64,000 bases of DNA from Octopus vulgaris (Eukaryota), in NCBI GenBank assembly GCA_951406725.2, contig OX597830.1:41726001-41790000 (forward strand), written 5' to 3'. Shown in pieces: positions 1-12,756 of the stretch. Position numbers and translations under genes: made by a program. Position 1 is the stretch's first letter; the number at the start of each line of letters is the position of its first letter. The notes beneath the pieces were generated by a model. The model saw only the letters and a program-made list of their open reading frames with translations, did no database searches and had not been told where the DNA came from.

Positions 1-1046
1 TTGGTGACCTCACTCACATGTGCTGGTAGCATGAAAAAAAGCACCAAGTACACTCTGTAAGCTGGTTGGCATTAGAAACAGCATCAAGCTGTAGAAACCA
101 TACCAAAGCAGACAGTAAAGCTCAGTGCAGCCTTCTAGCTCAGCATGGAAAAAAAAAAAAAAGGATGTTAAGTGATGATATGTTTCAATTGATAAGTGAT
201 ATCACCCTAAGACATCATCAACAACACAGCCAAGATGAAAAAAATTTTCTTCCTCCAGCACAAAAAGATCACCTGAAAACAATTGCATAGAATTCCAATT
301 AAAATATTGATGAGGAAAATATTATAAAAAAACAAACACCACTTCATCTTCCTATACTTGTTTTATACAGAGCACAGACATAGCTGTGTAGTTGAGAAGT
401 TCACTTCCCAACCACATGGTTCCAAGTTCAGTCTCACTGCATGGCACCTTGGGAAAATGTCTTCAACTTATAGTCTCTTGCCAATCCCTTATAAATAGAT
501 CTGGAGATGAAAATTGACATCCCATGGTTTCACTTGTCACCATTTTGAGTGAATCAGTGATATGATGTTTACAATCCTTGTTGATTTTTTTCCTCTTGAA
601 ATCTTATCAGCAGGCAAGGCTGTGTGGTTAAGAAGCTTGCTTCCCAACCTTGTGGTCTTGGGTTCAGTCCCACTGTGCATCAAGCATCTAGTATAGCTCC
701 ACATTGTCCAAATCCTTGTGAGTCGATTTGGAAATTAAAAGAAGCCCAGTGTGTGTGTATGTGCTTGCCCTCATTCCCGTCAATGTTAAGACAACTGGTG
801 TTGATTTTTTTTTTTTATGTTCTTGTAACTGAGCAGTTTTAGGAAAAGAAACGGAAACCTATAAAAAGCAACAGACTTGAAAAATACCAAGTTCAAATTG
901 TTCAACTAAACCCTTCAAGGTGGTGCTCCAGCATGGTCACAAATGACTAAAAAAAATTTGTAACATTTCTCCTTTATAAAAACACAATCTTGTTATATTC
1001 TGTTACAATACATAAGTTAATTTAGTGAATTTCAAACTCTTTCAAG

Positions 1047-1270
1047 GTAATTTGGAATCTGTTGGTCAGTGCATAGACAAATACTGGACACTGAAGAAAA
1101 ACATGGCTCCTGGATGTGAACCAGCAGCTTTGAAAGAACTGATGGATATACTGCGACCATATAGCTATGGAATGAGTTTAGCTGGAGCAGGTGGAGGAGG
1201 ATTTTTCTATGCAATTCTTAAGGATTTAAGCATTAAAAGCCAACTTCAAACTATATTATCCTCAATAAAG
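1047..1270 (+). CDS. FCSK: L-fucose kinase, penultimate exon (GHMP kinase C-terminal domain); upstream exons lie outside the window
   Basis: aag|GT acceptor at 1045-1046 and AAG|gtaagc donor at 1271. Translation GNLESVGQCIDKYWTLKKNMAPGCEP...GMSLAGAGGGGFFY contains the GHMP GAGGGG motif and the fucokinase-type KKxMAPGCEP. Confidence 0.92.
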
Positions 1271-1481
1271 GTAAGCAATTTGAAAGTTTGCTTTCTTGAA
1301 ATATTATGGTTTCAGGTTCAGTCCCACCGTGCAACACCTGAGGCAGAGGTCTTGTACTCTGGCCTCAGTCAAACCAAAGCCTTGTGAGTGGATTTGGCAG
1401 AGTGGAAATTGAAAGAAGCTTATTGTATGTAAGTATGTGCATGTATGTATATATATATATATATATACACATATATATATG

Positions 1482-1523
<42 letters not shown>

Positions 1524-1529
1524 TATATG

Positions 1530-1564
<35 letters not shown>

Positions 1565-1721
1565 GCACAGGAGTAGCTGTCTGGTTAGAAGCTTGCTTAC
1601 CAACCACATGGTTCAAGGTTCAATCCTACTGTGTGGCATCTTGGGCAGGTGACTTCTATAGCCACAGGCTGACCAAAGCCTTGTGAGTGGATCTGGTAGG
1701 CAGAAACTGAAAAAGTCTGTG

Positions 1722-1753
<32 letters not shown>

Positions 1754-2075
1754 ATGAATGAGAATAGATTTATATCCAGATAGAATTTTAGATTCTATCT
1801 GAACAATGCACTTGACACCACCCTAAAGAAGAGGCAACTAACAATAAGTGCACATAAAAATGCAAATTTTGCAGTGTGCATTAGTTGCTGCAGAAATGAA
1901 AAGAAGTAATTAACTGCTCAATAAAACTGAGGTTAGTAAATCAAATTAACTGGAGTTTTTTATTCACACATTGAGTTAGTTAGTATTAATAACTGGTAAA
2001 TGTGACTACGGTACCCATTTGGAGTCTATATCCCTACCAACCAAAATTTGGAAACTGATCTTTGATAACACACAC

Positions 2076-2116
<41 letters not shown>

Positions 2117-3849
2117 ATGTGTGTGTGTGTGTTTCTGTGATTGTCCCTCACCACTGCTTGACAACCAGTGTTGGTGTGTTTACATCCCTGTGACTTAACA
2201 GTTCAGCAAAACAACTGATGGAATAAGTATCAGGCTTAAAAAATAAAAGTACTGGGATCAATTTATTTGACTAAAATTCTTCAAGGTGGTGCCCCAGCAT
2301 GGCCACAGTCTGACTGAAACAAGTAAAAGAATAGGTGTGAAGGTAAATGATTTAGTGGTTAGGGTTTTTGTCCCACAATCATAAGATCATGGGTTCAATT
2401 CTCAATAGTGCACTGCATCCTTAAGCAAGACACTTTATTTCACATAGCTCCAGTCCATTAAGTTGGCCAAAATGAGTTGTACATGTTATTTAAAGGGCCA
2501 GCTTTCTCAAATTCTGAATCTTCCTCTGATTTATGTTATGGCCATGCATGTCTGTGAAGTGCTCAGCCACTTGCATATTAATTTCACAAGCAGGCTGTTC
2601 GGTTGATCAGATCAACTGGAACTCTGGTTGTCATAACTGATAGACTACCACCAATAGTCATATGTATGTATATGTAATTTAACGTGTGAATAAGTATGCT
2701 TGACATCGTATAATAGTTGTAAATCAGTGTCACTGTTATACAAGCAGTGTCATTGATTCCCAATAATCTGTGAAAACCTCTAACCATGGGAATATGTTTA
2801 CCTTGCTTTCAAATGGGTGACAGGTGGCAACAAGAAGGACATCCTGCCAGAGAAAATCTGCTTAAACCAACTTCATTCAACCCATGCAAGCATTGAATGT
2901 GGACATTAAAACAATGATGATGCCAACCATCAGGAATGGTTATCGAACAAAAATGAGGTTTTGCTCAACATAAATTTTGAGCTGCTGGAATTAAACACAG
3001 CAGACGCCAAAGAGTAGAACAACCATTTCAAATTATTGTGATAACAACTGTGGCATTAATCCTCTGAAGGTGCTTTGTGATAGAGTAAAACTGAGTTAAA
3101 TCACCAATTTCAGATCAAAAGGCTTTGCTAAAGAGATAGAAGAATGACTTAATTGGAAAATCACTCTTTGCAGTAATGTAAAATGTTACAGTTTAGTTCC
3201 AGCCTTTTTTTATGTTCAGTTCAAATCGTGTCCTTACTCCAAAAGTTCCAACTTCATTTTGGAGACCCAAAAAGAATAAACAGCATTTGGTTTTTGCCAG
3301 TAATGTGTCAGAAGTGAATCCAATGAGTTTGCTAATAGTAATGTCCATCTTTGGCATAGGTCAAACATTTGTAGAGAAAGGGTAAAGTCAATAAACTCAA
3401 TCCTAGCATACAACTGTTAGGTAGTTTATTGTCTCTAGAGTGCTGAATGCAGTATTGTTTCTCGCAGAAACAAAAGTAATGTTGATCTCTAACATAACCA
3501 CATGGTTGTAAATTTTTGGAGAAAGGTAGTTGAGTAAACTGATTGTAATCAATAAATATCCCACCCCATTTTTTGCTGTGTAATTCCCCACGCCCACTTT
3601 TCTTTCTTCACATCCTTGTTGAAGTAATTCTGGATTTCTTTCTTTTCAAAAATATCATCTTTCATACTTTAACTTTCTTCCTGTAAAATTTACATTGCTA
3701 AATGAAAATTCATTTACAAGTCAAATTTGAGTCATTTATAATAAGAAAAGGGGTTAAGAATGATTTTCTACCATGCATGACCCTAATAACCTAATTCATT
3801 TCATATCTTAATTGATGGTATAAACTGGTTATTTTTCTTTTATTTCCAG

Positions 3850-3912
3850 GGCCTGGAGAGTGCTGTGCTGTACGAAGCTGTTATCGACCCAGTTGGCATG
3901 ACTATTAACTAA
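3850..3912 (+). CDS. FCSK: L-fucose kinase, last coding exon GLESAVLYEAVIDPVGMTIN*
   Basis: Pyrimidine tract tttctttatttccag, phase 0 matching the 1270 donor, peptide resembling the FUK C-terminus, and AATAAA at 3951. Confidence 0.85.
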   Translation, partial: GLESAVLYEAVIDPVGMTIN

Positions 3913-5005
3913 GTTTATCAGGGGTTTAAAAATGGGATATTTATTTTGAAAATAAACAATAAGTAACCTAGGTTTTAAATTATTGCAAATCATTTCTTAA
4001 GACTTTTATTTTATAAAATGGACTAAGATTAATGAAATTGAATATTTGGAGTGAAGATTTAAGGTAGGCGGGATTTAGCATGAAAATTGTTTACTGACTC
4101 TAATTAGAGATTCACATCACAATTTTGAGTAATTAGGCTAACATTATCAACTTAAACTTTTGTTTTTAATTACTTAATGGGAAATTTAACACTTTTTGTT
4201 TAACAATTCTTTTTCAAGCTAACACAAGTGGGATGATTTTTATAAAACAAAACAAAAAAAAAGTGAACATTTACATCAAATAGCAAAAAATCTGTGGAGA
4301 AGAATTGAGATGTGAAGTCAGCTAAGCAGAATGAAGCAAGCTCTTTTCCTTGGCAAAAAAAATAAATCGCAGCAATCAATAATTTAACGTAACTCCACAG
4401 ACCTTGTACTTGCATAGGAAAAGCAGTGGTTTTAATTTTAAATACTAACAAGTAACATTTAAAGATGAAAAATATTTGGCTAATGTATTAAGTTCAGTTT
4501 TTCAGAAGTATGTTAATTAGCAAATTTAATAAAGATCTAAATGATGCATTTGTATTTTTTGAAAGATGGAAACAGTATTAAAATATATATTTGTATCTTT
4601 CTTGACTAGTTATTATTATTGACAAGTTAAATTACATGAATATTCCAATCAATTGCAATACATTGGTTTACTGAAGCAAACCTTTTGGGGGAGTTCTTCA
4701 TGAACCCTTTAGCATTCAGATTATTCTGTGGAGTGTAATGCTAATTTATCCATTGTTTTGAGTTAATCATGCATTATCTTGTAGTTTTGAGATTCTGATG
4801 TGAGATGCCAGATCTTATCTAAAATATTCAAAACTTCCACCTCTTAGATATATACACAATGGTAATTCTCTAGAACAACCATCTCTGACACTAATACCAA
4901 CTAGTGATCTGTAGGTATGTAGTATTTTGTTATGCAACCGTAATTAACTATAAAATATGTTAAATGTTTTTATAAGTCAACATCACATTCAGATTTTTAA
5001 TAACT

Positions 5006-5219
5006 AAGGCAGCGAACTGGCAGAAACGTTAGCACACCAGGCAAAATGCTTAGCAGTATTTTGTCTCTGTTCTGAGTTCAAATTCCGCTGAGGTCGACTT
5101 TGCCTTTCATCCTTTCAGGGTTGATAAATTAAGTACCAGTTGCATACTGGGTTTGATCTAATTGACTAGCCTCCTCCCCCAAAATTTCAGGCCTTGTGCC
5201 TAGAGTAGAAAAGAATATT
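5006..5219 (+). mobile_element. tRNA-derived SINE with Meta/MESC-like domain. Others near 11858, 15262, 36683, 47510, 55640 (-) and 41945, 42158, 50300, 55186, 56203 (+)
   Basis: B-box GAGTTCAAATTC and central GTCGACTTTGCCTTTCATCCTTTCxGGGTxGATAAAxTAAGTACCAG. Confidence 0.85.
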
Positions 5220-6187
5220 TATGAACCAGCTTCCAGGAATGTTTAATATATAAATTGGCGTATCTAATACCTTTACACTAATTAATGTGTTTGAGGATGA
5301 TTAATGGCTTAGATGATTGTTGATGAAGGGGCAAAAACTCCACAAAATATGGCATATACGTCCATTTTTCATATTCAATTTCATTTATTGTTTACATGAC
5401 ATTTACGAAACCTCGTAGCAAAAATCAGCACTGGCTAGAATTTCTATAGATCATTTGTAGAAATAGCCATAACAAAATAAACATAGAAGCTTAATCAAAC
5501 CAGTCTAAGGTTTGTGGAAACATAATTTAAAAGTTACAAGTAACCCATTATCAAGATATCCTCAAAGGTTGCGAGTCGAGGTCCACTATATGTTTTTTTA
5601 CATTCTCAAGAATTTATTCTAACGGATCATTTGGTAAAGCAACCAGAATCAGCTTTTGGCTTATGATGCTAGTGTCATTTCGCACCATTATACTAACCCT
5701 CTGAAGAATCTCTTGGCTTAGGAGAGGCACTGACATGTTTTTACAAGCCATATAATTCTTATACAGAGAACTGGAAAGCACTAACTCACAGTGTAACACT
5801 TGCTGAGAGAGAATTCTATTCCTTGAATAGGTAACTTTCCCAGAAGGTATGGAACATTGCTGTATACATAATTCATCACTTAATCCTGCCATAGCTTATT
5901 TCAATATCAGAATTAACTCATAACCTGCTTGAATATCCACCACCATGATTTTGGGTGCATTTAGCAGAATCTAATTTGTTGCAAATATTTAGAGCTAAGT
6001 CTCCAGTCTGAGGCTATTTTTCTATCAATGACTAACTTAATTTCAAGACCTCTACACTGATATAATATATAAAATACCATTTCAACTTCAAAGTTATGCT
6101 GCTGAAACTACTGAACTGGTTCTAAATTGTTCTCCCATTATTTTTATTTCAAAGAATGTTATCTTTTCCCAAAACAATTGAAATTTT

Positions 6188-6297
6188 GGTACTACTTAGA
6201 TACAGAGGCCCCAATGCATCTACATAACCCTAACAAGTATGCACTGTAAAAACATCATTACATTGATGCGTTGGAACCTCTGTATTTAAGTAGTGCC
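6188..6297. mobile_element. 110-bp hairpin MITE; related end near 35878
   Basis: GGTACTACTTAGATACAGAGG..CCAATGCATC versus GATGCGTTGG..CCTCTGTATTTAAGTAGTGCC. Confidence 0.7.
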
Positions 6298-8695
6298 GAA
6301 ACTTTTTCTTAGACCATCTGTAGCAGATGGAAATCAAAGTGATTGTCACTTTATTTTATTGATACTAAAATAATTTGAAACAAAGCTCAGGCAAGATTTG
6401 AACTTGGAGCAGAGCTGTAACTAAATAATGCAAATTTACTCCAGTATGTAATTGTTCCCTATTTTTCCATTTTTTTTCTTAAAATATCAAAGGAATCTAT
6501 TTAAAAGAAAAAATATAAATTCTTACTTTTACTTCATGGTTGCCAATTAATATGGCTCAATTTTGAAACAATATAGTTTGATTGAATACTGGATGAAATA
6601 TGTAAGTAAAATTGATCAAGACATAAACACTAAGAAAAGATTGGAAGATAGCTTAGATTTATTTGAACTGAGAAGAGCAGCAATATTTGTTATACAAGCA
6701 GGAACAGAAAACTTTCTTCTCAGTTACCAATTTTCTCTCAAGAATGTGATGTAATTAACAAAAAAAAAAAAGTGCACCTCTATGTTACATATCTGTACAA
6801 AAGGTTATATACAACAGGAACAGTTTTGTGTAAAGCTTAAGTTGAATTCATATTATTCAACTTGATAAATTACACAAATTGGTCTTTTCATTCAGAAGAA
6901 AAAAAATTAAGCCAAAAACAGTCAAGATTTTAATTGACAATCCTAAAATATAATAATGAAAAATATACCCAGTTTGCACTCACAGACAATTCAAATGTTA
7001 AAATCAAACTGCTGACAATATCCTATAAAGATATGGTTTAATAAGCAGTCTTTCAATTATGACTAAAATATGTTAATATTTATGCTTATATTGAGGCTTA
7101 ATCTACAAATAATATAAAATTAGAAAATTGCCAAAACATTTGACATGAATTTTTTTTAAAGCAAAATTGCTAAACAGTTAAATAATGACTAAACATTTAA
7201 TAGAATATAAAGATAAATAAATATATTCACTAGTATTAAAGGGAAAACTTAGGGATTCTAAATGTCTATAATAGCTCAAATAGTATCAGTTCCATTGATA
7301 TATATATATATCCAGTTCTAAACCAAATTTTAGGTATTACTAAAAAAAAAAAAAAAAGACATACACAAATCTATTTTTGTTGTTGAAGTTGAGTTGTCCC
7401 CATTAGCTCTGTTTAACCAGAACTTTGGCACAGAGTGGAACCTGTATCTTGCTAGATATATTATAGTCTGGTCCCAAGTCACATTTTATTTACTAATATA
7501 TTTGTGCAGAATACAACTTGGCAATCAGAACACGTTGCATATATATTTTAACTGTTCAGAACTTGCTTTGTGTAAGCCAAGCAACTTTAGAAGAACTGGA
7601 CTGATAATTTCTTAGACAGCAGTTTTTCATACAATGTGGTGTATGTAAGCATGCTTTGTTCTTTGGAGCAACAAAGGGGTTCTCAGAACTGCAGATTTAT
7701 TTCGGTATATATAGGTTGAAACAGGTTCTGTTAAATATTCACATCATCATTTGACATGTTTGCCATGCTGGCATGGGCAGGACCATCTTTCATATAACTT
7801 TGTTAGTCCATAGATATTAATTGGAAAAATATAATCACTAACACAAGATTATCATTTACCAAGTATGTGGTGAAATGGAAATTACTTTCATAAATGGGCA
7901 ATGGACATTGTTAAATGTTGCATCTGAAAAGTAAAGGAATGAATTTGCTTAGTATAACTTGCTCTTATGGAGTAAATATCACAGTTAAAAATCAATCAAG
8001 TTGATGTAACTATATTAAATCTGCAATATAATAGAATGTTTTGTTTGTCTATTGTGAAAGTACAAGCTATAAGGATAGGAATAAAGAAAAAATGCATGGG
8101 ACACTGAGACTTCAGAATCTTTTTGGACCATCAGACTAAATGTAAAGTATATGTATTTTGTTCTGTGTAATTTTCTGATTTTACTGAAATATATAACAGG
8201 AATGTTAACCTGCTTTTGTACAGGTGTCTAGCCTAGAGTTAACACTGGATATAGTGTTAAAGCAATGGTTAAGAATTATTAAAAATAGAAACTTGTTTTG
8301 TACAGTGTTTTACTAATGTTTCTAAAGTGTAAAGAGTTAATAAATTCACACTTTCATAGCTAGTTAACTAACAACAATTTAAAAGTCATCAAATATTGGA
8401 ATTTACAAGGTTTCTTCAAAACATGAAAAGAAATACAATGGGGAAGAAAAAGGTCAGTCAGAATTTTAATACTATAACTTTTATTTGAGATTTATTTATT
8501 TATTTATTTAAAAAAAAAAAAAAATCAATATTTTGTTCCATTTTTTTTCTTTTATTCTTTTATCATTTTTCTTGAGGGATTGGGAAAATGAGTTAAGTGA
8601 GTCATATATAACCAAATAAGTTCATATAGGAATTTACAATGATTTGTAGTTACAGTAAAAAAAAAATACAGTACATATCATATATAACACATACA

Positions 8696-8884
8696 TTATT
8701 GATGTGCACACTGCATCTGGGGACCACGGCCACCATGAGCATCATCATCTTCATCATAAGCCTCATTTCTGCGAGAAGCATTTCTCATGGAAGCATCATA
8801 CTCAACCAATGTAACTTCTTCCACATTATCACTTTCCATAGGAATATCTACTTTAGAATAGGCGGGTAACAAATTCTCTAATTC
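8696..8884 (-). CDS. DNAJA2: DnaJA exon 10, ending in CaaX box CAHQ*
   Basis: ELENLLP...EAYDEDDD...QCAHQ-stop; CAHQ is the DNAJA2-type farnesylation motif. The ten exons sum to 1215 nt (404 aa plus stop). Confidence 0.95.
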   Translation of the reverse strand, partial: ELENLLPAYSKVDIPMESDNVEEVTLVEYDASMRNASRRNEAYDEDDDAHGGRGPQMQCAHQ

Positions 8885-9136
8885 CTTTATGAAAAAAAAA
8901 AAAAAAAATTTTTTTTTAATATTGAGGATTAAATAGTATTTAAACAGGATTCTTAGAAAATTAATTTTACAACTGAAAGAAGAAAAAAAACTTAAAGGGC
9001 TACAAAAATAACTACAATATCTTCCCTCTAACACAAACTGATTGTTCATTTCATTAATAGTTCCTTGTCACAAATGCCCCCCCCCCACCTCTATTAAAAT
9101 AGCTTTTAATGAAACCCAAATAAAAAGCATTCACAT

Positions 9137-9360
9137 TTAACCCTTTCGCATTCAGATTATTCTATCAAATGTAACATTTATCCACACTTTTTTGAATTTA
9201 TCCCGCTTTTAGCTTGTGGTCTTGAGATTTTGATTATATGACTATTTTTTTAGATTAACATTGTGGGGTAGATGTGAGAGGCTGGACCTGGCCAGTTTGA
9301 ACATAAAAAGAGGAAGAATATTTTGCCCAGATATGGCTGGTTTAAATACTAAAGAGTTAA
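9137..9360. mobile_element. Second TTAA MITE family; copies at 25191-25401, ~16915-17094, partial at 4703-4800 and 46350-46520
   Basis: TTAACCCTTTxGCATT ... AATRCTAAAGRGTTAA termini. Confidence 0.8.
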
Positions 9361-9761
9361 AGGTGCAAGCTTAGCTGCGTAGTTAAGAAGCTTGCTTTCC
9401 AATTATGTGGTTTCAGGTTCAGTCCTATGGTGCAGTACCTTCAGCAAGTGACTGCTACTCTAGCCCCAGACTAACCAATTGCTTTGGTCAGCTGTTCAAA
9501 ATTGTGATATAAACAGGAGAAAATAATTGCTATTTTTTATATTTTACATTTAAAATGGTATTCCCACTTCTAATCTAATTTTAAAATGAATATTTCTTTT
9601 TTAGCAACAATATAAAATTTTGAGAAAGAAAACATTAAAATTGGAGAAAAACAATAGATAGGAAATGCATTTTCAAAGTTTATGCTTTAAGATACTTTAT
9701 ACAGAGAAGCAAAATAATCCTTCCAATCCAACATTTTTAAGCTATTAGAATATCAACTTAC

Positions 9762-9889
9762 AATCATTCTTGTAGGATCCAGAAAATTATTTGACGGAAA
9801 TTCTACATCGAATGTAATGAACAAATCTCCTTTTTCAAAAGGATTTCTATAAATTGGCATTCCTTCTCCTTTCAAAACCTTGGTAGTTC
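9762..9889 (-). CDS. DNAJA2: DnaJA exon 9 ([42 protein letters not shown])
   Basis: GEGMP and NPFEKGDL motifs, gtaagt donor. Confidence 0.95.
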
Positions 9890-11310
9890 CTAAAATTAAG
9901 AAAAATATATCATGGAATAAGATAAGATTTACATTCATTTTCCTTTTTTAAGACCACACAAAATGCACTCCAGTTACCTCGTTTCTGCTCTGTCAATTGT
10001 TGTTAGTCTACGCACATAACAATCTACCTTGACAATGAAACTCTTCATTTTGAGACACAATTTTTTTTTTCTAACTTTGAACTACTTTAAATTTGCAAAT
10101 ATTCTGCATATCCCCCCCCCCCAACTTTAATAATCTATACTTTTCATTAATATGCAGAACATGTGCCACACATTTCTTTACTTGTAGTTCTTGGAGAAAA
10201 AGTGATTTTGTGAGCAATTTCCAGAGTTTTTTTTTCTTTTTAACTAGTATAAAAAAAAATCATCTAGATCATTTTTACAAATAAACATCACTTAAGTTTA
10301 GGTTATTAAATTGCTTGTTCAATAGTTTAATCACATATAATATGCTGGAATATTCTCAATTATCTTTACAATTTATATTTTTTATATTCAGAGTTAGTTA
10401 AGCAGTGAGAGAGTAAACAAAGCTAAACAAGTAACAAGAAATGATTAATGGAGAGCACACATATCTCCAAGCAAGGCAATATTTCCTTTAGCCCTTCATA
10501 CTATGAAAAGATCAATGACCAGACATATTTCTGAGGAACATTGCAAACAGTGACACCATTTGCAGGTGAAAGGTAACTGTTTTTAATCAGCAACAAATAT
10601 AAAAACAAAAGGAAAACACAAACAACAGCCTCCTCAAGATTTCTGTCTATCAATTCACTCACAAGCCAAAGTGGACCCCGCCAGCCTGCAGTGTCACATT
10701 GTAGAAATAAACCTTAAGCCTTGTTGTTCTCAAGTGAACTCATTAACCAAACAGTTATACCTGCACCATGTGCATTTAATGATATCACTGATCGAAATTA
10801 TTGAAAGCAAGGGAGCCATATCTTCCAGGTTGCAGTTGTTAACATGAAATTAGCCCCACCATAATATATATGCCTATAGCAATTTTATATATAGGTGTAG
10901 GCTGTGTGGTAAGAAGTTTGCTTCCTAACCATATAGTTTCAGGTTCAGTTCCACTGCAGAACACCTTGGGTAAGTGTCTCCTATAGCCCTCAGCAGACCA
11001 AAGCCTTGTGAGGGGATTTGGCAGACAAAAACTCAAAGAAACACAGTGTGTGTTACTGTTTCCTTGTCTTGGTGACATATGACAGTTGTAAGCATGTCAC
11101 CATCATGCAAGTAGTGTCCTTGGTTTCCAATCTACCAAGACATTTCTGGCCATTGAGAAATACTGCCCTACTTGGAGATAAGTGAGGGTTGGTGGCAGGC
11201 ATGGAAAAGAGGATGTTAAGCGATGATGATAATATAAAACTAACATCTGATAACAAGCTAAATAACTAATAAATAATAATTTCAGTAAAATTTTAATGAA
11301 GGATACTAAC

Positions 11311-11509
11311 CTGGTTGAATAACATCTCCTGGAGCATTCTTAATAATTAATTCCCGTTTGTCAAGATGAGTCAATACAAATTCAAAACCACAAAGGGCCT
11401 CAGTTAGACCCAAAGTATGTTTGTACAAAAGGTTTTCTCCATCTCTAGAAAACTGTTTATGTTCACCTTGAGTCAAAATAATTATGACATCTCCTGGTTC
11501 AATGTTGGG
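11311..11509 (-). CDS. DNAJA2: DnaJA exon 8 (PNIEPGDVIIIL...LTEALCGFEFVLTHLDKR...VIQPG)
   Basis: C-terminal-domain motifs PGDV and EALCGF; follows an 89-nt intron. Confidence 0.95.
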
Positions 11510-11598
11510 CTGAAAGATAGAAAAGTAAAGGAAAAATACTAAGCAGGTTTCAAAAACAGTAAAGAATATGAACTTTTCAATAACTGTAAAGTACTTAC

Positions 11599-11741
11599 TA
11601 ATTGGTCTCCTTCTCCCCTAAACCAGACTTTCTGGCCGTCTTTCATGCCTTTGTCTATATGCACTTCTAAAATCTTGTCTTCACTGACCACTTTGCGTCC
11701 TGAGCATTCTTTACACCTATCTTTCTCATTAATGTAATTTC
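11599..11741 (-). CDS. DNAJA2: DnaJA exon 7 ([47 protein letters not shown])
   Basis: Fourth CxxC and LEVHIDKGM...GEGDQ, gtaagt donor. Confidence 0.95.
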
Positions 11742-12351
11742 CTGAAAATGCACAGAATAAAAGATTTGAGCATTAAGTACAAAAGTCAGAACTAAAGAAA
11801 AGAATTTTTTAATTTTTATTATGTACTTTTAAGAATTAAAAACTGTGATAGAAACATTGGTTTCAAATTTTGGCACAAGGCCAGCAAGTTCAGAGGGAGG
11901 GGTAATTCGATAACATCAGCCCTAGTATTCTCAACTGCTACTTTATTTTATAGACCCTGAAAAGATGATAAGCAAAGTTGACTTCGGTGGAATTAGAACT
12001 CAGAACAAAGACGAAATACCACTAAGCATTTCGACCAACATGCTAACGATTCTGCCAGCTAGCTCCCTTGTCTGTGACAGAAATATTAATACTATCCATA
12101 CCTGCAGAAGACAGTCGATAGCAAACAGCAGAGATTCCCTCCCGCCAGACTCATACTGGAGGTTGTTGCTAGGCTACATGGATAACAACCAATTAAACAT
12201 TAATGGACAGTTAAAAGGTGCATGCTAGAGACTCTCAGATTTTATGGTGGTGATCAACACATATCTGCATCAATGGCATTTCAATAGCTAAGAGACACTT
12301 AGGTGCATCCTTGGCTTTGATAGGATTCATTTTTGAAGAAATAAAACTAAC

Positions 12352-12485
12352 CTTCACCATTACATTCTGAACAAGTACTCTGTATTTCTTGTACCATACC
12401 AGGTCCTAGCTGACGCATACTTTTCTTAATTCGCCTGCCATGGCAACCACGACAAGTCATTACTGAACCAGGTTTACCTCCAATT
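12352..12485 (-). CDS. DNAJA2: DnaJA exon 6, zinc-finger region (IGGKPGSVMTCRGCHGRRIKKSMRQLGPGMVQEIQSTCSECNGEG)
   Basis: Zinc-finger repeats 2-3 and QLGPGMVQ, AG/GT boundaries. Confidence 0.95.
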
Positions 12486-12675
12486 CTGAAAAAGGACAAA
12501 ACAATGAAGAGAAACAACAATGCTTAAAAATTAATTATAACCAAAAATTATATAAAAATAAACTTAATGTTATATAGAGATTTCAAATTATAATAATAGT
12601 TCTTTGCTCAACCAGAATAGATATAAAAAACAAAATACAAAACATTTACAAGATGAAATGGTGCTTTATACTCAC

Positions 12676-12756
12676 CCTTGACATTTTTTACAAACGACAG
12701 TTCTAGATAATTGCAGTTTAGAAGTTTTGCCATTGTAAAAATCTTCTAAGTTTACT
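12676..12756 (-). CDS. DNAJA2: DnaJA exon 5 (VNLEDFYNGKTSKLQLSRTVVCKKCQG)
   Basis: LEDxYNG motif, first CxxCxGxG, gtgagt donor. Confidence 0.95.

Noticed and set aside
1304-1686. Overlapping YI/IY-rich ORFs (also at 27133, 28066, 37937 and 43663)
   Set aside because: Translations of (TA)n, (CA)n and (CT)n microsatellites and SINEs.
5614-5892. 92-aa ORF on the - strand
   Set aside because: No recognisable motif; it lies in the probable UTR or intergenic interval.
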